Shown piece by piece: positions 13,409-26,815 of a stretch of 64,000 nucleotides of DNA; the stretch's first letter is position 1, and the number at the start of each line of letters is the position of its first letter. The stretch is taken from positions 24,924,001 through 24,988,000 of the forward strand of contig OX597832.1 of NCBI GenBank assembly GCA_951406725.2. Direction: 5' to 3'. The position numbers were made by a program, and so were the translations under genes. The DNA is from Octopus vulgaris (Eukaryota). Below the pieces are notes generated by a model that was given only the letters and a program-made list of their open reading frames with translations, was not told the DNA's origin and searched no databases.

Positions 13409-13742
13409 GTAGCATGGATTGCTGGCTGTCGAAGCTTATTCGACTTTGAAAACATATATATTTCAAGTGAAATACATTCACTGATTTCGAAAATATGCAT
13501 ATATATATATATATACATATATACATACACACACACAGTAATCCCTTCACTATTGCGGCTGTTAGGTTTCAAAACCCCACTGCAATAGGTGGAAATCCGC
13601 GAAGTAGAAACTGTACTCTATATTTTTGTTAATTATTTTCATAATTTGTATATCTGTATATATTTATTTAATTATAAATTCAAAGCAAGACAACGGATGA
13701 ATCGACGTAAGCTTAATAAACAGCGATATGGCGATAGATTAC

Positions 13743-13786
<44 letters not shown>

Positions 13787-14031
13787 GAGGTACCCCCCAA
13801 AAATTCACTTGATGCGACCCTCAGGCATTAGGTTGCTGACCGGCGTCGTAGACTGACATCATACTGTCACGTCATGCATCTTTATTTTGCAATGCTTATC
13901 CTCTGTTCGTCGATTTTGGCGATGGCTTAAACGAAGGAACGGCGTGGTACCGGGAAATTTTGTTTTCTGCTGGAGAAAACGGCGGCCGAAAGATTTACGC
14001 ACTCGTACACACACACGCACACACACGCACA

Positions 14032-14065
<34 letters not shown>

Positions 14066-14576
14066 TGCACATACACACTCACACACACACACACGCGCAC
14101 TCACACACACACACGCTCACACGTTATGCCATAATCGCAACGTAAATATTTCAAAGCTAAACAGAAGAAAATTAGTCGCTTTATATTAAAGATGAAAATG
14201 TAGAGATGAAAAAAATATTATTTTTATTTCGATATCGGTGTTACAGTTCTAAGTAGTTTTAATTAAATTGATAATATTTTAAATGGAATGAATTGAAACG
14301 AAATCATTCTTTTTATATTCTCTACATAAGAATTATCAAAAAAAAAGAATTATTTTTTTCAAAGAAACTAAGCTCTGACGACCATTATATCAATTTACAA
14401 ACAAGATAGACTAAAATATTTACGAACTTATAAAATAAATTATATCATCGAATTCTGGCACAAGGTAAAAGAAATACACACATACACACATACACACAGA
14501 TGCACACGCACATATATATGCACACATAAACACACACACATATATATATATATAAGTACATATATATATATATAGA

Positions 14577-14745
14577 CGAAGGAGTGTCTGTGTGGTAAGA
14601 AGCTTGGTTACCAACCACATGTTTCGCGGTTCAGTCCCACTGTGTGGCACCTTGGGCAAGTGTCTTCTACTATACCCTCGGGCTGACCAAAGCCTTGTGA
14701 GTGGATCTGATAGACGGAAACTGAAAGAAGCCCGTCGTATATGTA
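14577..14745 (+). mobile_element. SINE-B 5' half
   Basis: Head and CORE-like segment GGCACCTTGGGCAAGTGTCTT. Confidence 0.85.
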
Positions 14746-14756
14746 TATATATAAAT

Positions 14757-15023
14757 TACAGCTGGCTATACCACACGATCTATGACCTTATATTATCGAA
14801 CAAGGGAATCTAGAACCTGATATTTTTGAACAAGGGAATCTAGCACAGATATTGTTTTGAGCTGAGTGGGAGTGCTAGATTCCCTTGATCCAAAATATAA
14901 GGAAACGGATCGTAGCCTGTAGTTAGATGGAGACGATGTCTCCTGGGGCTAAATTACAGCAACATTCGTCCTAAACCTGCAGTGCCATGTTATGTTGGCA
15001 AGCAATCTTTACTCCAAAGTACT
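14757..15023. mobile_element. Fold-back (long-TIR) MITE family member, left arm truncated
   Basis: The right arm matches 54560-54679. It carries the internal inverted repeat CAAGGGAATCTAGCAC / GTGCTAGATTCCCTTG. Confidence 0.75.
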
Positions 15024-15560
15024 GTTGCTGAATATCTCTCGTTGTGATATTTAAAAATAGTAATTTTCCATATTATGCCATGTTTCCTGTCCTTGTTAAA
15101 GATAACAAGATCTGATTAGAGGATGATTTGGCTTTTAATTGTGACAGATGATGCTAAGACAAGCATCTAACATCAATGATTTGCAGCGCTTTAGATACCT
15201 GAACTCTGTTCAAAATTCTTCCAAAAGTATTGCTTGATGTGAGACGAGATCATACTGGAGGATCACGTAATAATTAATTCACTACGAATAAATATATTCA
15301 TTCGGTCCATTAAAGTAACCTATTCGCAATTGTTCTGTGAGAAATATCCGTTCATTCGGCTTTTTAACACAGCATTTCACTAGAAAAGGAAATGAAGCGG
15401 AGGACACCTTGAACAATGTGAATCGAAATGTATTCGATCACAAAATCGTTTAAACAAACGGTCATGTGGTTATGTAGTTCGCTTCGCAAATTCGTAGCTT
15501 CGGTTACAATCGCACTTTGTCGCACCTCATATTGGCCGAGTATCTCTTATATAAATATAA

Positions 15561-15592
<32 letters not shown>

Positions 15593-15621
15593 ACACACAC
15601 ACACACACATCTGGCAGAAAT

Positions 15622-15847
15622 GGCGGCGAGCTGGCACAAACGTTAGCACGCCGGGACAAATGTGTAACCATATTTTGTCTGTCGTTACGTTCCGAGTTCA
15701 AATTCCGCCGAGGTCAACTTTGCCTTTCATCCTTTCGGGATCGATAAATTAAGTACCAGTTACGCACTGGAGTCGATGTAATCAACTTAATCCGTTTGTC
15801 TGTCCTTGTTTGTCCCCTCTGCGTTTAGCCCCTTGTGGGTAGTAAAG

Positions 15848-15852
<5 letters not shown>
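15622..15852 (+). mobile_element. SINE-A full length
   Basis: Same head, Meta-like domain and tail as 832-1062. The tail runs into (TA)n. Confidence 0.9.
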
Positions 15853-15896
<44 letters not shown>

Positions 15897-16881
15897 GTAT
15901 ATGTATACACACGACAAATATATTAATAAATATATAAATATATATATCTATATATAATGCATATATTTGATATATATATATAAATATACGTGTGTGTGTA
16001 TGTGTGTGTTTGTCTTATTTATAAACCACATATACTAAAAGCTTCAACTTCTAAATGGTGTTTGTTCTTTTCAATCTTTTCAAGATAAACTGTGGCTCTT
16101 GTTGTGGTTTACCCCTAAGGTCATCCATACTTAGACATACAGACACACACACACACACAATACATCAACGAATTCATAGACATACTTTCGTCGTCTTCTT
16201 CTTTTCCGATACCATAGATACACACATATAGATATATATATATATATTTACAAATCTATATGTGTGTGTGTGTATGTACGTATCTGTGTATTCACGTTAT
16301 AGTATATTATTTTGAAATTTACATTGTTAGTAACCAAATCAATACAAATTTTAACGATAAATAAAATTGATGAAAGCAAATCTATTTTCTTGGTATTGTT
16401 TTAATAAATTCAAAGGTATTATTATTTGAGAGACGTTTAGACTATTTACTTCAAAAAGTATTGATGCATTATTGTTCCGTAATCGTATAATGACGAGAAA
16501 AGAGCTAAAGAAAAAGTCATCTCCTATTTATTAAGTAAACAAGATAAGTATTTCTTTAACTAGTATTGATTGTCTAATGGAAAGATGTGCGTCTCGGCAA
16601 TAGCATATGTGCACATACACGTGTATACATATGTGTATGTGTCTGCGTGTGTTTATGTCTGTTCAAATGTACACAGTCACACAAAACTTGTACGTATATA
16701 TATATATATATGCATGTTTGTATTATCTGTATATATACGTGGTTCAGTGGTGAGAAGTTTGCGTTCAAACTACATATTTCCGGGTGCAGTCCCTCTGCCT
16801 CACAAGTGTCTTCTAATGTAGTCTCGGGCACTGTCCAAAGCCTTATGAGTATAAATGGTTGACATAATCTGAAAGTAGCCA

Positions 16882-16951
<70 letters not shown>

Positions 16952-17021
16952 GGAGTAAACACATAATGTGAAACAAGGTGGAAAAAAGAGTACTCAAATA
17001 CCAGTGGTAGAGTAATATGCG

Positions 17022-17094
17022 TTATTGAAAGCAGCAGAAAATTCAACAAAACCTGAGTAACAGGTTTTGTTGAATTTTCTGCTGCTTTAAATAA
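17022..17094. repeat. Perfect 28-bp inverted repeat with 5-nt loop, between two (TA)n tracts
   Basis: AAAGCAGCAGAAAATTCAACAAAACCTG-agtaa-CAGGTTTTGTTGAATTTTCTGCTGCTTT (17028-17088). Confidence 0.95.
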
Positions 17095-17095
17095 A

Positions 17096-17155
<60 letters not shown>

Positions 17156-17334
17156 GTATGCATGCATGTATGTATGTATGTATGTATGTATGTATATGTA
17201 TAAGAAATAATTAAGATTCATGTAAATTAGGTACTTAATTTGAGGCGCCAAGTCAGTATGATATTGTCCGCACAGCTCGAAGCAAGGTGAATAAAAAGCA
17301 AATAAGTAACTAGGATGCCAAAGTATTAGTGCGT

Positions 17335-17500
17335 TTGACATCCTTGTTTTTTTTCTTTCTGTTTATTTTCTCTTATTCCTTTCTGTTGAAGCGAACAGGC
17401 TCGAAATATAAGACTTTTTCATTTTACCGAGCGTCAAACTAATACACTTGGTTGTTGTTCATGCACCTGTCCTCGTCTTTTGTTTTTCTATAAGTTTCAG

Positions 17501-17501
<1 letters not shown>
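17335..17501 (+). mobile_element. Decayed copy of the hammerhead-like repeat seen at 42606-43012 (putative Penelope pseudo-LTR)
   Basis: 'ctttctgttgaagcgaacaggctcgaaatataagactttttc..gagcgtcaaactaatacac..cacctgtcctcgtcttttg' aligns to the 42.6 kb unit and abuts (TA)n. Confidence 0.7.
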
Positions 17502-17571
<70 letters not shown>

Positions 17572-17608
17572 TATATATATATAGCTGAAACTTATAGAAA
17601 AATATAGA

Positions 17609-17645
<37 letters not shown>

Positions 17646-17868
17646 TAAATTGATATGTGTATTATTCTCTTGTTTACAATTAACACGGAAAAAGAATAAA
17701 TAAACAGTTACCAGGGCAGTTGAAAATCACACAAGTAATAAGGACGTAACAACCTGTTTGTTAAGGTAGAAACTCAGGGTTGCTGTCTTCGAAACATATG
17801 TCGGAAGTCAAAGAATTCGAATGAAACCTGCGCTTAACTCCATTTATTTACATATACATATATATATA

Positions 17869-17913
<45 letters not shown>

Positions 17914-18315
17914 GCGTAATGAAGGACATATCGGATTGTGTAACAGTTGTAACGTATATCAAATAATACCACATTTTCTTCGTAATTGAAACTTTATTTC
18001 GAACAGAACGTAATACAATTCGCAGTGTGGAGAAATATATTTATTAAAGTCGAGAGTCCGTTCTTCGCTGCGGGCTGTTTATTCACGACAGTCACAAACA
18101 GTCTCGATCGGTTCGAACTCTGTCAACTTTTGATACAAAAACCGCGCCTATACACACACATATTTGCGTACGTACACATTCAGAATCGCGCACATACATG
18201 CACTCGCAAATGCACAGCACACTATATGTGTGTGTGTATATATACATTAGTGTGTTTATATATGTATGTATATATGTATGTATATACAATGTGTGTACAT
18301 ATATATATGTATATG

Positions 18316-18374
<59 letters not shown>

Positions 18375-18382
18375 TTATATAG

Positions 18383-18745
18383 CCGCAAGAGTGGCTGTGT
18401 GGTAAGTAGCTTGTCCCAGGTTCAGTCCGATTGCGTAGCACCTTTGGCTAGTGTCTTGTACAATAGCCTCGGGTATACCAAAACCTTGTGAGTGGATTTG
18501 GGATACGGAAACTGAAATGTATATGTTTGTGTGTCTGTGTTTGTCCCCCACTCCACTATCGCTTGATAACCGATGCTGCTGTGTTTAGGTCCCTGTAACG
18601 TAGCGGTTCGGCAAAAGCGATCGATACAATATTACTAGGCCTCCAAAGAATAAGTCCTAGGGTCGCTTTGCTCGACTAAAGGAGGTGCTCCAGCATGGCC
18701 GCAGTCAATTGACTAAAACAAATAAAGAATAAAAGAATAGAAAAA
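18383..18745 (+). mobile_element. SINE-B
   Basis: Head, body and tail match the other SINE-B copies. Confidence 0.85.
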
Positions 18746-18763
18746 TGCATATGTATCTGTATG

Positions 18764-18813
<50 letters not shown>

Positions 18814-18820
18814 CGTATTG

Positions 18821-18859
<39 letters not shown>

Positions 18860-19279
18860 GAGAGATACATACACATATACATACACACAGATATAAACAC
18901 ACTCGCGCGCGCGCACACACACACACACACACAGAGGCAACGCTTTATCAGAAAACACCACGATAATGATAGACGATACGATGTTGACAACCCAGACTCT
19001 AAATTATTTTCCATTATTTCTGACCCAGACACTTCTGTTTCCCACAACACGTTGAATATTCATCTAGAATTCTCACTCCATTCTATCTTTATCTCTCATT
19101 GTCATAAAAATTAAGCTACGACAAACAAACAACACACTTGTTCACACTTATCTAATAACACCGGGGAACATAGTTTTGTTGTCTGGTCTTGGAAGCATAT
19201 TTCCTAGTGACGTTTGGGTGCTGATTTCAAAATTGAAATCCATTTCATTATCGAACCGCAATATTTTTCACAGACACAT

Positions 19280-19687
19280 ACTCTCTGTTACTCTTTTACT
19301 TGTTTCAGTCATTTGACTGCGGCCATGGTGGAGCACCGCCTTTAGTCGAGCAAATCGACCCCGGGACTTATTCTTTGTAAGCCCAGTACTTATTCTATCG
19401 GTCTCTTTTGTCGAACCGCTAAGTGACGGGGACGTAAACACACCAGCATCGGTTGTCAAGCAATGCTAGGGGGACAAACACATACACAGAAACACATACA
19501 CACACACTTATATATATATATATATATGTCAGGCTTCTTTCAGTTTCCGTCTACCAAATCCACTCACAAGGCATTGGTCGGCCCGGGGCTATAGCAGAAG
19601 ACACTTGCCCAAGATGCCACGCAGTGGGACTGAACCCGGAACCATGTTGTTGGTTAGCAAGCTACTTACCACACACCCACTCCTGCA
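19280..19687 (-). mobile_element. SINE-B full length
   Basis: Near-identical to 43033-43482. Confidence 0.9.
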
Positions 19688-20201
19688 CATATGTCCATTT
19701 TTCATCAATTCCGGCATTGTCATTAATTTTAAGGATAGATTTATCTTCATCAAATGCAGTCCCGTGTGTAGGACCTGATACAGCTTTGAAAACACAGTTT
19801 TTCGATACCATTTCAAGTAAAAGCAATTACAAAAGTGCAAACAAGGGTCACAGTGAACGTATTTTCATTTAGTCAAGAAGCATCAAACTTGAGGAACTTT
19901 CACTATTTTGAATCTAACCAGTTTCAAATGATATAGAAGAACTGTGTTTTCAAAGTTATACCGAGTCCTATGCATGATGACAGAATTGTCCTTTACACAA
20001 TTAGATGTTAATAAAGAACACACTTTTGTGTTCCTTGGCACTATACCTGTCACATATTTGTGGGATTTTCCTTCAGGTATCCCCATGCTGTGCTTGCAAT
20101 ATACCATTGCAGACCAGGTGAGACATGTTTTGTTCAAACTTTTTCTATTTCTTATGAAAATTGTTATTTCAAATACGCCTTTAATGTTTTAATGGTGAGG
20201 T

Positions 20202-20260
20202 CATGGTGTATCATGATTTCGAGTTCTGGCGAAAAAACCTTAACTCTCTTCAGCAAGATG
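20202..20260 (-). ncRNA. Hammerhead-like motif
   Basis: Minus strand: CAUCUUG-CUGAAGA-GAGUU(16 nt)AACUC-GAAA-UCAUGA-UA-CACCAUG. It has a perfect 5-bp stem II, palindromic helix III, stem I 5/7 and an AUA site. Confidence 0.45.
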
Positions 20261-20289
20261 TACCGTTTGATATGAACACCCATAATAGT

Positions 20290-20525
20290 GAGATAAAGGG
20301 ATTATAGACGTGATATTATATGATAACGGAGCCGGGGTCATAATTCTAAAAGTTTAGAAATGAAGTGATTGTGGAAGACGGCAATCTTTCCTGGGGTATT
20401 TGGCACAATACATAAAGAGCTACCTGAGAGCTGAAGGATTTGGGGTCTTAGAATCCCATTGTCGGTCTGGACAAAAGTGCAATGCTATATTCTGCAACGA
20501 TCCTAAATAAAACATTATTGTAATT
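20290..20525 (+). pseudogene. R4/Dong-like non-LTR retrotransposon extreme C-terminal remnant
   Basis: Frameshifted 'LWKT..IFPGVFGTI...KSAMLYSATILNKTL*' resembles the RLE-element ending 'LW....IPVVVGALG.....QK.ALLGTA.ILRKVL'. Confidence 0.45.
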
Positions 20526-20838
20526 TGATGTGACTTGTTACCAAGCCTTTATAAAACATCTCTGCTAAATGATACAGCATTTAATAGTACAAATTGTGTT
20601 TCAAATTTTGATGCAAGGACAGCGATTTCTTAGGGAGAAAGGGGTTAGTCGATTACTACAACCCTAGTATTTGACCGGTAGATTATCTTATTAAGGCCCG
20701 GGCGGATGAAAGCAAAGTCGACTTCAGCTGTGTTTGAAATCAGAAACAAACCGGAAGAGACGCCACTGAGCATTTTCTACAACGTACTTAGCGATTCTTC
20801 CAGCTATTCCAACCGACTACTACTACTACTACTACTAT

Positions 20839-20907
<69 letters not shown>

Positions 20908-21266
20908 ATGCTTAGCGTTATTTTCTCATAAAATAAATGCAAGGTTATTACCAGTTTTAAAATGTTTGGGACATATTAGAACCCGTAAAGAAGTCATTTG
21001 CTGTATTTTGTCACGAAGAAAAATCCTCGCTGTAGACAAATGGTGATAATACGCCAAAACCAGCTCGCAGCCCCACCTAAACAGCCTATGAGATGCAAGC
21101 ATTTGAGAGTGGTGTGGCCCGAGCTAATAGGGGAGATTGTCTCTTTTATGATATTCTCGTCATCCTACAATAACTAGTAGCAGTAATGGGCGGCTCAACG
21201 CAAATAAAATGCGGGGACATCACTCGCCGATTAGCGCTACCAGAAATTGTATGATGACGGGTATAT

Positions 21267-21714
21267 TTTATTTCTTTACTACCCACAAGGGGCTACACAC
21301 AGAGGGTACAAACAAAGACAAACAAACGGATTAAGTCGATTATATCGACCCCAGTGCGTAACTGGTACTTATTTAATCGACCCCGAAAGGATGAAAGACA
21401 AAGTCGACCTCTGCGGAATTTGAACTCAGAAAGTAACGGCAGACGAAATACTTATTTCTTTACTACCCACAAGGGGCAAACAAGGACGCCAAGCATGTAG
21501 TAGTAGTAGTAGTAGAGTGGGCAAACAAGGACAGACAAACGGATTAAGTCGATTATATCGACCCCAGTGCGTAACTCGTAGTTATTTAATCGACCCCGAA
21601 AGGATGAAAGGCAAAGTCGACCTCGGCGGAATTTGAACTCGGAACGTTGCGGCAGACGAAATACCGGTAAGCATATTGCCCGGAATGCTAACGATTCTGC
21701 CAGCTCGCCGCATT
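21267..21714 (-). mobile_element. SINE-A dimer
   Basis: One head and two Meta-like bodies, with an internal junction GAAATAC|TTATTTCTTT at ~21452. A 15-bp TSD TGATGACGGGTATAT lies at 21252-21266 and 21715-21729. Confidence 0.9.
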
Positions 21715-23890
21715 TGATGACGGGTATATCTTAAGCGGGACAATCTCTCTTATCAGCTAGCGGCGATAACCACTCCGAAATGTTTGCGTCACACAGTCTG
21801 GGTAGGTGACGCTGCGAGCTGACTTTCGCTGTCTTTACTCCGTTTGTTAACAGCGAGAAATTTTCTCCACGACGAAATACAGCGACTGGCTTTGTTACAA
21901 GTTCGAATAGCCTCCAAGCATATTTGAACTGGTAATAATAACATTGCGTTTATGCACATCACTGCTTTAGACCTGCCACCCCTTAACATAAATACACAAC
22001 GAGGAAGAAAATTTGATATTAATGAGAATTGATGATTCAACATTGTATTCTAAGAACGACAGTGTTACTAGTTTTCATTTGGTTTACTCATCTAACATTT
22101 GTTTCTGCTCTTCTCTGTTCTTTTTCATTAAACAAATATTTGTCAAGCAATGATCAAGCAGTGTGCATTGGAAATGTGAATTGGATTTACGCGTAGTTTG
22201 TGCATATTTGTATTGATATACAACTTAGGATAGCAACATGGTTTTCATGTCATAACGAAAGAGAATCGGAAGAAGAGGGGAAGGTTCAAAGAATGTTTCG
22301 CTTCCTGAGTCGAGAGAAGCTAACAATTAAATTGAGGTTTATAGGAATTTTGCACGGTTTATGGTTATTTTTGGAGTTGTTGTTTTTCTACGAAAGAAAG
22401 GTTAATCTTGTATGGCGGAAGAACATACTGCTCAATAAACTTGTACTGTTTTGTTTACTGAACTACAAATATCCACGTATGGCGGCGATCTGGCAGAGTC
22501 GTTTGCACGTCGGATAAAGTGGTTAGCGATATGTCTTCCGGCTCATTATGTTCTGAGTTCAAATTCGATCGAAGTCAACTTTGCATTTATTTTTCTTTTC
22601 TTCGGATTTAAAAAAATAAAGTATTAGCCGTATACTAGGGTCAATGTAATTGACGTATCCCTTCTGAAATATTTCTTAAATCTCGCAACGGGACACCACC
22701 CTTTTCAAGGAGTATGCTCTTATTTCAATCCCTTATATGCCATGGAAACCAGATAACCATCCTTATGAATCCTAGGACTAGCAGTAAATATAAAAAATAG
22801 AAATAAATCCATGGACTTCGTGGATTTCTTTGAGATGTGAAATCCTGTTTCTCTAGCATTAAATAATGGTACAGATAGAACTCTGTTCTTAAGAACTGAA
22901 TTTGTTAACTATGTGCATTCAGTTTCGATTCCAGTGCACCTCTTATATTCTGTAAAACGCTTGTAAATGAAATTCGGTAAAAGAAAACGGAGGTTACCTG
23001 TCCCTGTGCTTAACATCGCCGTCAGATTTTTGAGTTCCTTTAGCGAAGTCCAGATTTTTATAACATCCGTATCGCATTACCAGATTGATGATATCCTCCG
23101 TCGTCTAGTCTTTATAAAGCTGAATATCCTTTATAACACTACATGCTAATCCGATGATTGGAATATAAATTACAATATTTGTCTCCATTAGCTGTTGTCC
23201 TTAAATTTAATAGCATTTAACTCTTGCTTTCAATATATTGTCATATGTGTTCTTGTCAGCCATTTTTCAAAATGGTTAAACCTTCATAAAAAGCCTAAAT
23301 CATGTTACGTTGACTGACGGTTATTGGTAATTTCATGCAGTATACCGGTGGCATGAAGACATTGTTAACAACTTAAGAGGGAATATTGAATATTTCGTGT
23401 ATTTCAGTTTTCAGAAATGCCGTATCGACTTCATAGACTAACTGAATACTCACACACTCCAGTGAATTCGTTGTCATTTATCTTCGATTAGCGAGAAAAT
23501 ATTTTTCATTATCCATCAAGAATACCAGCCTGAAAGATCGAGCGTACATGAAACTTACCGTTTAGTGACGTAAAGAAGTAGTGATGAATACACATCTTCA
23601 TACGTAAATAAAACCATACACATATACATGCATTTAAGTGTCCGCATATGTATGTATGTATATTTACAACACATGAATATTTCTATGTGATCTGTACATT
23701 TCATATTGGGTGCTACATCAAGTAATGTATATATTCACTGCATAGCATACATCCAGGGATGTGTATTTGTGAATTGCAACACAATGTCACTAAATATATT
23801 CGTGTATAACAATGCAGTTTGCATGCTTGCATCCCTCTATCTTTCTAACAATTTCTCTCCCTGTGTCTGTCTGTCTGTCTCTCTACTCTT

Positions 23891-23941
<51 letters not shown>

Positions 23942-24045
23942 CTGTGTGTGTATAAATAAACATACATGCATACATATATATATATACATATATACATATA
24001 TACATTCGTAAAAATATATAGATGTGTGTGTATAAATAAACATAC

Positions 24046-24079
<34 letters not shown>

Positions 24080-24318
24080 GCATACATATATACATATATA
24101 CATACATACGTAAACATATATAGATACCTACACGTATGCCTTGAATAACACACACACACTCACATAAATACTTCTATCATCATCGCATTTATATGTTGAA
24201 TTCCTTTCGTTTTTAAATATTTTTTATTTTATTTTGGTTAAATGCGGATAAATACAGCTCGCGGCATTTTACGGAAAATTCTTCTGATAACAACGCAAAC
24301 TCTCTAACACAACACACA

Positions 24319-24376
<58 letters not shown>

Positions 24377-25400
24377 AATACGTGTTTTAGAGCATTTTAT
24401 ATATAAGTAGATTTATGTATAATTTGATATTATGCACTAAGTCGCAAACAAAGGTATATATTTACAGGCACAAACCCAACACACAAACACAGACACACAC
24501 ATACATACATACATACAGACAGACAGACACACATACACGCCTACACACCCTAACATATGTGTGATTGTGTCTTTTGGGGCCAGCATGTATATTTTATACT
24601 CAAAAATATGTATATACGTGTGTGTATATATATATACGTGCATGTATACATATATATATTACACGTACATAAACATATGTATATATGTATATATACAAAT
24701 TTATAGTTCACATGTATGTGTGTGTGTGTGTGTGTATAAAGAGGGAGCGCGAAGGAGAACGAAAAAGTGATAAAGGGATGGGAAGAGAGAGTTGGAAGGG
24801 AAGATGGTTCTTCCAAAACAGAATGTCTGAAGAATTCGGAAAATATTTTTATCAATTTCTATCCTGATATACATATAATTCCTTTTGTACTTTGGATTTA
24901 GGTTGTAAAATATTTTGTATCGCTTCCAGCATGATTTCCTTTCGCTAACTTTGGCAACGCAGTCCTCTGTAAACGCTAAGGGAAGCGGCATAATGAGGAG
25001 ACGACAAAAACTTCCAATGGAGGCGTGCCAGATATAAACTTTATCAGGTTTAAACACTGCAAGAAAAGACAGTTGAAATTCTCACTTCAAAGTCCCCTTC
25101 CTGGAACAATGGCGCAATACAATTATCTATCCGTTAAGATAGCGCATATATCTCTGTCATAATCTAGAGGCCCTCCTGTTTTCGTTGCAAGTGCAATCTT
25201 GTTTTATTTTATTAACCGTTATCGCTGGCCCGTTGATTGCACTTTTTGATTTATCTGACAGGTATGTAGGTGAAAAGTTTGTGTGTAAGTGTTTTCATAT
25301 ATTTGTGCGTAAGGCGGTACCAGTTTCATTTGCGTGTATGCGTGTTTGTTGTTTGTACGTAGATGTCATGAAACCATGAAACATTAATGCCTGTATATAC

Positions 25401-25463
<63 letters not shown>

Positions 25464-25466
25464 CAT

Positions 25467-25513
<47 letters not shown>

Positions 25514-25608
25514 CACACATATTCATATATATATGTATATATATATGTATATGTGTATGTATGTATGTATATGAATATATATAAATAAATGTAAAAATAT
25601 ATACATAT

Positions 25609-25667
<59 letters not shown>

Positions 25668-26446
25668 ATATCTATAGATAGATACACACGCACGTGTAAA
25701 GATAGATATACATACATACCATATGTGAATTCGTCATATTCAATTCCTCAAGTGTAACGAAAATGTTCGAGAAATGTGCAAATTAAAATAAATATATCGA
25801 TTCGAATCTCACCTTTTTCTTTAAATTATCAAAAGTCTGCTTCGCGCTTCGTTCTTAAGATCTTGTCTCATCGCCACATCACGTGACTGCCATGCATTTC
25901 TAATTAGCTTATCTTTGACTTATTCTACAATCTGCTCCCTCCCAAGACATATTAGTGCCGTATGTTTAAGCTCAAATATAATAAATTGGTTGAATCGCTG
26001 CTGTGTTAGATGGAATATCTGATAGAAATGCTCTGCAGTCGTTATTTCAAATTCACCCAACGTCGTCTGCTTTACTTTTTTGTTTTGACGGTCGATGTAA
26101 CACGTAATAATTTAAATTGACGAATTGGTTCAACGGTTAGACAGCCGAACCAGTTAATTTACGTTATTTGTCCGGCCTCTTTGTATTCTGAGCTCAAATC
26201 ACGCCAGTACCTATATTTCAGTTTTCAGCAATGCCGTATCGACTTCATAGAATAACTGAATACTCACACACTCCAGTGAATTCGTTGTCATTTATCTTGG
26301 AATAGTGAGAAAATATTTTTCATTAACTCTTGCATTTGGTATCAGATCGGGGGATCAGGTTTGGTGATATCTTCCGTCCTTCTTCCCTCAAGTCTTGGAG
26401 GGTCTAGAAGGGTTATACGAGGGGGCAACCAACGCCACTGAAAACA

Positions 26447-26815
26447 ATACCTCCGCCTTAGCGAAGTCGGAGGTAACAACTGAGGATGAATAAAATTATA
26501 TCAAATACATGTATTGATGTTAGTGTATTCACTTTCATTGATGCTGACACTGTAACACATCAAGAAGGTCTGTATGAACATCAAAAGTTTCGTAAAATAT
26601 CACACAGGACATGGCGCCACATCATTTATCTCACGAAAATGATGGTGTTCATAGAGATATCACAAGAATCTCAGGATAGATTCGGATGAAACTTCCAGAG
26701 ATGTTTGGCCTCATGACTGGCACAAACTACTTAGATTTTGGGATCGATCCGGTACCGGACAAGGATTCTGGATTATTTTTCCTGTTTTTTTTTTCTACTT
26801 AAGTTTTGAGAGCCT
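26447..26815 (+). mobile_element. Helentron-associated (HINE-like) element, 5' part, decayed
   Basis: The 5' hairpin TACCTCCGCCTTAGCGAAGTCGGAGGTA is present, and the body matches 18-150. Confidence 0.55.

Noticed and set aside
17789-17808. GAAA-CATATG-TC half-hammerhead near (TA)n
   Set aside because: No CUGANGA-like core or stem I partner lies upstream.
18700-18745. SINE-B 3' stem-loop followed by GAAAC..GTA (in consensus copies), resembling half a hammerhead
   Set aside because: It lacks the CUGANGA strand and is better explained as a LINE-type 3' recognition stem-loop plus a short tandem tail.
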